Of a stretch of 64,000 nt of DNA, positions 38,901-47,986 are shown one piece after another (within the stretch, counting starts at the first letter, position 1; every line of letters begins with the position of its first letter). Source of the stretch: Acidobacteriota bacterium (GTDB taxonomy: Bacteria > Acidobacteriota > UBA890 > WLXD01); assembly GCA_963666055.2 (NCBI GenBank), contig CAXWPH010000008.1:1-64000 (forward strand), given 5' to 3'. The position numbers and the translations under genes were made by a program. The notes beneath the pieces were generated by a model. It ran no database searches and had not been told where the DNA came from. It worked only from the letters and a program-made list of their open reading frames with translations.

Positions 38901-39026
38901 GCAGCAGACGGTCAGCGGTTCGTGATGTTCCCCGGCACCAACCGGAACCAGACCGGCGTCGGCAACGTGAAGCTCGTCACCAACTGGTTCGACGAGCTGA
39001 ACCGGCTCGTGCCGACGGACCCGTAG
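38901..39026 (+). pseudogene. Orphan kinase 3' stub (mirror 57472-57597)
   Basis: AADGQRFVMFPGTNRNQTGVGNVKLVTNWFDELNRLVPTDP*. Confidence 0.85.
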
Positions 39027-39160
39027 CGCGCTCAGTCGCGTCTCGCGAAACGGCTGCTCCCTTGGACACTCGTAGGCTCTACGCTTCCCGCGCTCACGCA
39101 CGTCTGGCCGATTTCGAGCTGACTTTCAGCGTTGACGGTGGGCGCCCTGATCCCTGGTGC

Positions 39161-39811
39161 TTACGGTACCGGGTCTGCGAGTGCCTGCAGCGCCCCAGCA
39201 ATCGCAGCTCGACATCCAGGATCGATTTGCAGCTCCGGATCCAATAGGAAAGGTCGGTTCAGCGTGCTGCGCATCAGACCGCGCGCGGAGTGCGAGTGCT
39301 CGGGTGCGATCGCGTGGACGAGCTCGTGAACCACGACCTTGGCAAATGCACGAGCCATCGTCCGGTTGTACTTGGGCGGCCTGTCTGCCTGCCGATGCGG
39401 CTCCATTACTTGGAGCACTCTCTTCGGGAACACGATGACGTACGGGAGTGGATGTACCGCCGACACCACAACGCCCATCGCGTCATCCGTCACCCCCCAG
39501 TCCGAAGGGGATTTCCCAGCGAACACCACGAGGAACGATCCCCGTACCCGCTGATCGCGACTTCTGTTGTTCTCGTCCGCCGGCTCGCCGGATGACCACG
39601 TCACCTCAACGCCGACGGCACGAAGGATCGACTGAACATCCCCTCTGATCGTGGCCAAGAAGCTCTCCGGAAGGCCGAAACGATCAGAAATCACGAGGCG
39701 CACTGGCCATGGAGCAGGGCTCTCCGTTGCGGGTAGCTTCAGAACGCCAGCAGCGGAACCAACAAAGCCAATGTGCAGCACGATCAATTTCACGGCCGCT
39801 TTCGAGAGCAT
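39161..39811 (-). CDS. Hypothetical exported zincin-like protein
   Basis: HELVHAIAPEHSH...GLM (HExxH, third His, Met-turn-like); paralogue at 49261-49925. Confidence 0.7.
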   Translation of the reverse strand: MLSKAAVKLIVLHIGFVGSAAGVLKLPATESPAPWPVRLVISDRFGLPESFLATIRGDVQSILRAVGVEVTWSSGEPADENNRSRDQRVRGSFLVVFAGKSPSDWGVTDDAMGVVVSAVHPLPYVIVFPKRVLQVMEPHRQADRPPKYNRTMARAFAKVVVHELVHAIAPEHSHSARGLMRSTLNRPFLLDPELQIDPGCRAAIAGALQALADPVP

Positions 39812-39972
39812 TCCAATCCACTCACAGGGGATTGGGAGGAGAAGAGGCCGGGCACTGGCAGTCGTTGCCGTGCTGCTAGAAATAAGGACGACCTGCGGAA
39901 CGCCAGGGTTCGGTAAGGCATGCCCTCGACTGTGAGGTGCCTCACACTCGCTATCCCGGCCTCGTCTCACCG

Positions 39973-40001
39973 TTGGATCTCGCGTGCCCCGGCGATAGGC
40001 T
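39973..40001 (+). promoter_or_regulatory. Sigma70-like kinase promoter (mirror 56498-56526)
   Basis: TTGGAT-17 nt-TAGGCT. Confidence 0.6.
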
Positions 40002-40034
40002 TCAGGCGCTCACCTCCCCTGCCTTGAGAGCGCC

Positions 40035-40880
40035 ATGGAACCCGGCACCAAACTAGGCCCCTACGAGATCACCGAGCAGCTCGGTGCTGGCGGCATGGGC
40101 GAGGTGTACCTGGCGCAGGACACGCGGCTAGGCCGCAAGGTGGCCATCAAGGTGCTGCCCGCCGAGTTTGCCTCTGACCCCGAGCGCCTCGCCCGCTTCG
40201 AGCAGGAAGCTCGTGCTGCCGCCGCGCTCAACCATCCGCACATCGCAGCCGTCTTCGATGTCGGCACTGAAGACGGCACCCACTTCATGGTGCAGGAGTA
40301 CCTGGAAGGAGACACGCTGCGCGAGCCGCTGGGCAAGGGTGCGCTGCCGCTCAAGAAGGCGCTCGGCTTGGCCACCGAGATTGCCGAGGCGCTGGCAGCG
40401 GCGCACGCCGCCGGGATCATCCACCGGGATCTGAAGCCGGAGAACATCTTCGTCACCAAGGAAGGGCACGCCAAGGTGCTGGACTTCGGCCTGGCAAAGC
40501 TCACCGAGGTGGCGGGGGCAGGCTCACCGGGCGGTGCGACGCAGTCACCCACGATGATGGGGACGGTCGCCGGGCAGGTGATGGGTACAGCCGGCTACAT
40601 GGCACCGGAGCAGGTTGAGGGCGAGGAAGTCGACCAACGCACCGATCTGTTCGCGTTCGGCTGCGTGTTGCAGGAGATGGCGACAGGAACGCGAGCCTTC
40701 GGTGGCAAGAACATCACCGAGGTTCTGAACCGTCTGGTGAACGGCAAGCCAGAGCCGGTGGCCGACGGGCTGCCCTCTGAGCTTCATCGAATCGTCCGCA
40801 AGTGCCTGGCGAAGGAACGCACACCAAGAGTCCGGCCGCAGGAGGTTACCTTCATCGCTGATCTGCCACTTGCCTCGTAG
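40035..40880 (+). pseudogene. Truncated Ser/Thr kinase (catalytic domain only)
   Basis: All Hanks motifs through RIVRKCLAKE, then an unrelated tail; TM and PD40 regions lost. Confidence 0.85.
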
Positions 40881-41149
40881 ATGGCCACCCTATTGTCGAC
40901 GGCAAACTGAAACAATCCCTTCAGTGGTAGCATCCCGACGCCAAAGAGACTCCCCAAAAAGATCCATGTGGCTATCGTATGACACCTAGTTTCCGTCCCT
41001 TTGCTTGAATCATCGAGGCCGGTAGTGTGCCGGAACCGGGGGATCGCGCCATCTTCGTTTGAGAGTTTCCGCGCGCTCGGCGTGAGAACGTCGGACCGCT
41101 GGGCGGGAGATGGATTGGCATCGACTGGATGGACGAGGAGCCCTGGCCA

Positions 41150-42437
41150 TTGGCCGTCAACGAAGAGCGTATTCGTGAAGCTCTGACTTCCGTGAAGTTT
41201 CCGGGGCTGTCGCGCGACATCGTGTCGTTCGGCTTGGTCGAGGCAGTGCGAATCGATGGTGGCGGGGTGACCGTCCGTCTCAATATCCCGATCGGCTCGC
41301 CGGAACATCAGCAGCAGATCGCCCGCGCATCGCACGACGCGTTGATGGCGCTGGACGGGGTCGACAGCGTCAGCCTCGAGATCGCGGCTCCCGAGTCGAA
41401 GGGTGCTTCGGCGGCCCAACCAGGCCGTCCATCGGGCGGTGCAACCAGTCTCGGCCTTGGCGATGCGGCCGGCCCCCCGGCAGGTTCTGCGACCGGCGGA
41501 CCGCCGGCGCCTGGTACCGGGCCGGTCGGCCGCCGGCCGACCGGCGGCGCTGTACGATCGCACCCCGATCGGTGGGGTGAAGCACGTGGTGGCGGTGGCC
41601 TCGGGAAAGGGAGGTGTGGGCAAGTCGACCGTGGCAGTGAATCTCTCGGCCGCGCTGGCGCAGCTCGGCCAGCACGTCGGTCTGCTGGATGCAGATATTT
41701 ACGGTCCTTCGGTGCCCACCATGCTCGGCACCCACGAGCAGCCCAAGATCATCGATCTGGACGGCAAGCGGCTATTGGTGCCGCTCGACAAGTTCGGTAT
41801 GAAGCTCATGTCGCTCGGTTTCCTGCAGCCCGAAGACGATCCGGTGATCTGGCGCGGGCCAATGGTGATGAAGGCAATACGGCAGTTCCTTCGCGACGTC
41901 GACTGGCGCGGCGTTGAGGTGCTGGTAATCGACCTGCCCCCGGGCACCGGCGATGCGCAGCTCACGTTGACTCAATCGGCGCCCCTCGATGGCGCCGTGA
42001 TCGTCACCACGCCGCAGGATGTGGCGTTGATCGATGCCCGTAAAGGGCTCCGCATGTTCCAGGAAGTCGATGTGCCGGTGCTCGGGCTGGTGGAGAACAT
42101 GTCGGTCTTCACGTGTCCGGAGTGCGGGCATCGCACGCACGTGTTCAGCACCGATGGCGGGCGGCGAACGGCAGAAGAGCTCGGAGTGCCGTTCCTGGGC
42201 GCGCTGCCGCTCGATCCGCAGATCGCCATTGCGGGCGATGCAGGCATACCCTACGTTGTCGAGCACCCCGACAGCGAAGTGACCAAGATCTTCCGAGCCG
42301 TGGCGCAGAACGTGCTCGATGCGGTGATCGAGTTGAAGGGCAGTGGCGACGTGTCGATCAAACCGTCGTCATCAAGGAGAAGGCGGTGGTCGCGGTGGAA
42401 GGAATGGAGGGCTAGAGTGTCCAGACGGGCTCGATGA
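41150..42437 (+). pseudogene. mrp: Mrp/NBP35 Fe-S carrier ATPase, frameshifted in the linker
   Basis: DUF59 N-terminus (SRDIVSFGLV) in one frame; SGKGGVGKS, DADIYGPS, DLPPGTGD and CPEC in another. Confidence 0.85.
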
Positions 42438-42780
42438 GCGGCCACGGTTGCCGCAATCACCGATAGCAGCTCCCGCCGCTCATCCAGCGTGCCCCCGGCG
42501 ACCGTTTCAAACCGATTCTGGAGCCGAAGCGCGCCGGAGGCCTCACTACGATGTGGACCGGCTCGGCGCCGGGCTGCCGAGATTTTCCCCCGCGCCAGGC
42601 GGACGTGCTCTTCGTCGTCGGCACCATCAGTCACAAAGTTGGCGCCGGTGCTGAAGCGTATCCACGACCAGATGGAGGAGCCCCAATTGGGTGGTCGCCT
42701 TCGGAGTCTGCACGTGCACCGGCGGCTTCTTATGACAACTACGCCACGGTAGTGGGTATCGGCACCATCATGCCGGTGCG
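42434..42780 (+). pseudogene. nuoB: NADH-quinone oxidoreductase subunit B remnant
   Basis: HYDVDRLGAGLPRF, PRQADVLFVVGTISHK, APVLKRIHDQMEEP, WVVAFGVCTCTGG and YDNYATV spread over shifting frames. Confidence 0.8.
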
Positions 42781-43359
42781 GGTATTGGAGGATCGAGTAC
42801 TTCCGCGCCCATCCGATGGCTGCGCTGGCAAACGAGCCGCGCCGGAAACTCGCCCGGATATCTTCTGACCATGGACTTTACTCGTGCGCAATGTCCGGGC
42901 CGGGCAAGATGACGACACGAGCCGAAGTTCGCTAGACACTACCGAGGGGGTTGCCCCGGTACTAGGATGAGGTTGCCTCTCGGCGCGGGACAAGTTTGGC
43001 CGCAACCCCGACCGCCGTAGCGGGCAACACTGGGACTGTAGAGGGAGAGCTAGTGGCGAGAGTCCCGCGCTGGGGGGCCTCGCATGCTGAAGGCTGTAGC
43101 CCACCCCGAGACTCGCGTAGACGACGCGTACACTGACGAGGAGGCCGCCTGAATCATACGCGGATTCCACCCGAGCGGTGACGACACCCTGTCCGAAGAA
43201 TGGGGCTCACCTCTCGGTCCCGCGGCCACGCAGACAGCTCCCGCGACAGAGGGCACCCTTGTCGGGGGAAGACGGTAGTTTGACATCCTTCCGGGCAAGC
43301 GCTGGGCTTGCCAACATGTCACATGGCGAATGATCGGATTAGACAACCAGGTGGAGCAA

Positions 43360-44580
43360 ATGGGCAAAGACAACATGAAGATCGTCTGTGTCTTGTATGA
43401 TGATCCCGTAGATGGATATCCGCCAACATATGCGCGCCACGATATCCCCAATCTACCTCATTATCCTGATGGGCAATCAATGCCATCACCGAGTGCGATA
43501 GATTTCCATCCTGGGGATCTTCTTGGATGTGTCTCTGGCGAACTTCGTCTACGGAACTTCGTCGAAGGCCGCGGCCATCGATTTGTTGTTACCGCTGATA
43601 AAGACGGTCCGGATTCCGTCTTCGAAAAAGAAATCGTTGATGCTGACATTGTTATTTCACAACCGTTTTGGCCTGCGTATATTACTTCGGAGAGAGTTGC
43701 TAAATCGCCCAAATTGAAACTGGCGATTACAGCAGGTATTGGTTCAGATCATGTGGACTTACAAGCCGCAATCGATAACGATATCACGGTGGCGGAGGTT
43801 ACTTATTGTAACAGCATCAGTGTATCCGAGCACGTTGTGATGATGATCTTGACGCTCGTTCGAAATTACATTCCTTCATATAATTGGGTTATCAAAGGAG
43901 GATGGAACATCGCTGATTGCGTATCAAGGTCTTATGACGTTGAAGGAATGCGAGTGGGTATCGTTGGAGGAGCAGGTCGAATTGGTTCAGCGGTTCTAAG
44001 ACGTATGAAGCCTTTCGATGTAGAACTCCATTACTTTGATAAACATAGACTCCCACCAGAGGTTGAAGAGGAACTTGATTTAACCGTTCACGATAGCGTT
44101 GAGTCTATGGTCGAGGTCTGCGACGTTGTGTCGGTTAATTGTCCACTTCATCCCGAGACGGAACACCTCTTTGATGACGAGATGATTGGTAAGATGAAGC
44201 GTGGAGCTTATCTTGTTAATACTGCTCGGGGAAAGATCTGTGATCGTAATGCAGTTGCAAGAGCACTTGAGAGCGGCCAATTAGCCGGTTATGCCGGGGA
44301 TGTTTGGTTTCCACAACCAGCACCAAGAGATCACCCTTGGCGAACAATGCCAAACCATGCAATGACGCCACATACATCCGGAACTTCGCTGGCGGCTCAA
44401 GCTCGATATGCAGCGGGCGTCAGGGAAATCTTGGAATGCTGGTTTGATGATAGGCAAATACGAGAAGAATATCTTATCGTGGAAGGCGGAAAACTCGCAG
44501 GATCCGGAGCACATTCCTACACTGAGGGTGATGCAACCGGAGGATCTGGAGAAGCTGCTAAGTTTAAAGTGGGTCAATAA
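43360..44580 (+). CDS. fdh: NAD-dependent formate dehydrogenase
   Basis: KIVCVLYDDP, ISQPFWPAY, TAGIGSDHVDL, NTARG and GDVWFPQPAP..HPWR..P.HAMTPH motifs. Confidence 0.95.
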   Translation: MGKDNMKIVCVLYDDPVDGYPPTYARHDIPNLPHYPDGQSMPSPSAIDFHPGDLLGCVSGELRLRNFVEGRGHRFVVTADKDGPDSVFEKEIVDADIVISQPFWPAYITSERVAKSPKLKLAITAGIGSDHVDLQAAIDNDITVAEVTYCNSISVSEHVVMMILTLVRNYIPSYNWVIKGGWNIADCVSRSYDVEGMRVGIVGGAGRIGSAVLRRMKPFDVELHYFDKHRLPPEVEEELDLTVHDSVESMVEVCDVVSVNCPLHPETEHLFDDEMIGKMKRGAYLVNTARGKICDRNAVARALESGQLAGYAGDVWFPQPAPRDHPWRTMPNHAMTPHTSGTSLAAQARYAAGVREILECWFDDRQIREEYLIVEGGKLAGSGAHSYTEGDATGGSGEAAKFKVGQ

Positions 44581-45000
44581 GTAAGAGGGACGTCTTTCGG
44601 GCGGATCCTCCTCCCCCTGCAGCTACTCGGGATAGCGAACCACGTAGACGACTGCCTGAACGACTGCTCCGAGTGGCACGAACAAGAGGACGAGGACAGA
44701 CAGCCCCCACGCCAAACCGGAATCGATAGAAGTGACCTGCCCCCGTGGTTAGTACCACGTCTTATCTCAGTAACTCGGTGCTGACAAGGGGTTGTTCAGG
44801 CCGACGAAGCGGAGCGCAGCCGGGTTCAACAACGTCGCTTCGGGTGCGGGCGGCCGGTAGCCCAACGAGCCACAGAGCACGACCACGCGGTTGCGCCCGG
44901 AGCATCTCCATCAGCTCCTGGCCGGTCGAGAAAATTTTCTCCGCGTACCGATAGACCATTCGTCTGACAGAGAGCCCCTCGGAGGGTGCTGTCAAGTTAA

Positions 45001-46169
45001 GGAACCTCTGATCAATTCGGGTTCGATGGGATAATGCACGCGGATCCGATCACGCCGCCAGAGGGAGAAGGGAATGCGCCAGCAGACGCTTGCCGAAGGG
45101 TCCTTTGAGCAGTACCGGAAGGTGACCCGCCGGGAGCGGTTCCTGGCAGAGATGGATCAGGTGGTGCCGTGGGCCCAGCTGTGCGCTTTGATCGAGCCGG
45201 TGTATCCGAAGCCGAAGGGAGCGGGACGGCGCCCAGTCGGGCTGGAGAGGATGCTGCGCATCTACTTCATGCAGCAGTGGTTCAACCTGTCGGACCCGGG
45301 GGTGGAGGAGGCGCTGTACGACTCGCGGGCGATGCGTGCCTTCGTGGGGATCGATCTGGGACGGGAGCCGGCGCCGGACGAGACGACGGTGTGCAAGTTC
45401 CGGCACCTTCTGGAGACCCACGAGCTGGGCGTGCAGGTGTTCCACATCGTTGCCGAGCACCTGCAGGGGCGGGGGCTGAAGGTCAGCACGGGCACCATCG
45501 TCGACGCGACGATCATCACCGCCCCGTCATCGACCAAGAACAAGGCCAAGCAGCGGGATCCGGAGATGCGCTCGACCAAGAAGGGCAACCAATGGTACTT
45601 CGGGATGAAGGGACACTTCGGTGTGGACAGCAAATCCAAGCTCATTCACTCGGTCGTGGCCACCGCCGCCAATGTCCATGACAGCCAGGTGCTAGAGGAT
45701 CTGCTGCATGGGCAGGAGACGCGGGTGTGGGGAGACAGCGCTTATACGGGCCGACGGGAGGTCATTGTCCGGTGTGCTCCCGGTGCCAAGGACTTCACCA
45801 ACAAGAAAGGGCACCGTCACCGGCCACTGACCGAGCGAGACCGAGCTCGAAACCGCACCAAGTCGAAGGTGCGGGCCAAAGTCGAGCACCCGATGCTGGT
45901 GATCAAGCGCATCTTCGGCTTCAGAAAGGTCCGATACCGAGGGCTCCACAAGAACGCGCACCGGCTCTTCGTGACCTGCGCGTTGGCCAACCTATTCATG
46001 GCACGCAAGGTGCTGCTCGCGCACACCTGAAACAGGCACCCTGAGAGGCCGCCGTCGCGGTTGAACCCGTCGGCAGCAGCTCGGAGGGCGACTGCATTCC
46101 CACCCTTATGCCGACCAGTTCCTCCAATCAGGCTCCATCCTGACTGACGGCCAATTGATCAGACCTTCC
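45001..46169 (+). mobile_element. Complete IS5-family element
   Basis: IRs GGAACCTCTGATCAATT / AATTGATCAGACCTTCC (15/17 match); TTAA duplicated at 44997-45000 and 46170-46173. Confidence 0.92.
45074..46030 (+). CDS. IS5-family DDE transposase
   Basis: LSDPGVEEALYD, PDETT, VDATII, KKGNQWYFGMK, GDSAY and RAKVEHP motifs. Confidence 0.95.
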   Translation: MRQQTLAEGSFEQYRKVTRRERFLAEMDQVVPWAQLCALIEPVYPKPKGAGRRPVGLERMLRIYFMQQWFNLSDPGVEEALYDSRAMRAFVGIDLGREPAPDETTVCKFRHLLETHELGVQVFHIVAEHLQGRGLKVSTGTIVDATIITAPSSTKNKAKQRDPEMRSTKKGNQWYFGMKGHFGVDSKSKLIHSVVATAANVHDSQVLEDLLHGQETRVWGDSAYTGRREVIVRCAPGAKDFTNKKGHRHRPLTERDRARNRTKSKVRAKVEHPMLVIKRIFGFRKVRYRGLHKNAHRLFVTCALANLFMARKVLLAHT

Positions 46170-46244
46170 TTAACTCTGACCAAGACCTGTCCGAAGGATG
46201 GGGTCCACCTCTAACGCCGTGTCCGTGGTGGGGCGGCCCCAACG

Positions 46245-47003
46245 ATGAACATCTACCCAACGTACACGGTCGGCACCATTTTTCTGGTTGGAATTGTGCA
46301 GTCAATCCTTGTCTGGATGGCGCTCTCATCCGCTGTAGGCAAGTTGGGTGCGACACCCGTGTTCAAGAACCTCACGCGCATCGGGTTCGCGGTGTTCTTT
46401 GCAACCTGGTTCGGTCTCGTCTTCTCGCTCAGCCAGAGCGACACGTTCTTGGCGCTGACACAGTCGGGCGGTCGTGAGCGAGTGCTGTTCGCGCTCTTCA
46501 CACCTTTAGTCGTCGGCCTGCTTCTGCTCGGTTCAGCAACCGTTCGCAATATCCTAGACGAGATTCCTCAGCATCAGCTCATCGCGTTCCAAGGGTTGCG
46601 AACCCTCGGCTTTGTCTTCTTGGTGTTCACCGACATGGGCTTTGTGTCACCCACCTTTGGCTTCGCCGCCGGCATTGGCGATGTGGCCGTCGGAGTTTTT
46701 GCACTCTACGCCGCCTACTCGCTGTTGCGGGGAAGGCCGAGCGGACGATCAACCGCGATCGCTGCAAACGTCTTCGGCCTGCTGGACGGTGTGATGGCGC
46801 TCACGCTGGCTCTGTTTGTCGTGCCGGCCGACTCGTTCGCGCCGCATATCGCAACGCGCGTTATGTTTGTCCCGTCATTTATCGTGCCCCTCTTCGTGGT
46901 CGCCCACATCTATTCGCTCCGGGGTCTCATTCTCGCCGTCGGGGAAGTGCAACTTGCACGGATGCCAGGTGCGGCTGCGCAAACGACACAAGAGAGTCCC
47001 TGA
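46245..47003 (+). CDS. Hypothetical multi-TM membrane protein
   Basis: About 7 hydrophobic segments; FAAGIGD motif. Confidence 0.7.
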   Translation: MNIYPTYTVGTIFLVGIVQSILVWMALSSAVGKLGATPVFKNLTRIGFAVFFATWFGLVFSLSQSDTFLALTQSGGRERVLFALFTPLVVGLLLLGSATVRNILDEIPQHQLIAFQGLRTLGFVFLVFTDMGFVSPTFGFAAGIGDVAVGVFALYAAYSLLRGRPSGRSTAIAANVFGLLDGVMALTLALFVVPADSFAPHIATRVMFVPSFIVPLFVVAHIYSLRGLILAVGEVQLARMPGAAAQTTQESP

Positions 47004-47062
47004 TCGGAGCAGAGGCCTTAGGAGACGGGCACTTCAACATACCTTCCATAGGAGGTACGGTC

Positions 47063-47965
47063 ATGAAGAACACACGGATCCTCGTCACGGGCGCGGCCGG
47101 CAAGACCGGCGCCCCGGTGGTCGAACAGATGCTCGACCGCGGGTTCCCCGTCCGGGCCCTCGTCCGTCGTCGCGACGATCGCTCCGCTCGACTCGAAGCG
47201 CTGGGCGCCGAGGTGACCGTGGGCGACGTGCACGACCTGAAGTCCATGCGTGCGGCGATGCAGAACGTCAAGCGCGTCTACTTCGTCTACCCGCCACAGG
47301 GTGAACTGCTGGTGGAAGCCAGCACCATCGTCGCGGTGGCCGCCCGTGATGCGGGCGTCGACGCATTGGTCAACATGTCTTAGATCTCCGCCCGGGAAGA
47401 CTCCAAGAGCCCGCTGGCGCGTCAGCACTGGCTGTCGGAGAACATTCTCGACTGGGCCGACATCGGTGCGGTGCACGTCAGGCCCACCTTCTTCGCCAAG
47501 AACCTAGTGATCATGGGCGCGGCGACGATCGCCGCACAGGGCAAGCTCTATTTGCCCTACGGCACCGAGAAGCATGCGCCGGTGGCGGCCGCCGATATCG
47601 CCCGCGTCGTGTCGGGCATCCTGGCAGACCCGACGCACCACATGGGCGAGCGCTACGTCGTGACCGGACCCCGCAACCTCTCACTCACCGAGATGGCCGG
47701 CGCGCTGTCGAGAGAACTCGGCAAGCCAGTTGAGTATGTTGATCTACCTGTGGAGGCATGGGGCGACGTGCTCACCAGCGTGGACGGCATGACCGATTCG
47801 CTCGTGACCCACCTCAAGGCCGTGGCTGTTGATCACCAGAACGGGATCTTCCGCGCCGAGACCGATGTCGTCGAGCGGATTGGAGGTCAGCCATCGCAGA
47901 CGCTGGACGCGTTCATCCGCGAAAACAGGACCGTATTCGGTGCCGCCGAAGCGGGGGCGTCATGA
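47063..47965 (+). pseudogene. NmrA-family NAD(P)-binding protein with in-frame TAG at 47381-47383
   Basis: ILVTGAAGKTG; VNMS*ISARED continues in frame into ORF 47471-47965. Confidence 0.85.
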
Positions 47966-47986
47966 ACGCTAGAGCCATTGCCGATC

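Larger units (their letters stand above)
32499..44856 (+). repeat. Left arm of large inverted duplication
   Basis: ORF set mirrored at 51470-64000 (coordinate sums about 96499, or 96321 around fdh). Confidence 0.95.

Noticed and set aside
183-39026. Recurrent ~45 nt sequences as a CRISPR array
   Set aside because: The repeats are protein-coding kinase termini spaced by kilobases, and there are no cas genes.
28115-39026. Diversity-generating retroelement (3' stubs as template/variable repeats)
   Set aside because: No reverse transcriptase in the window, and differences between stubs are not confined to adenines.
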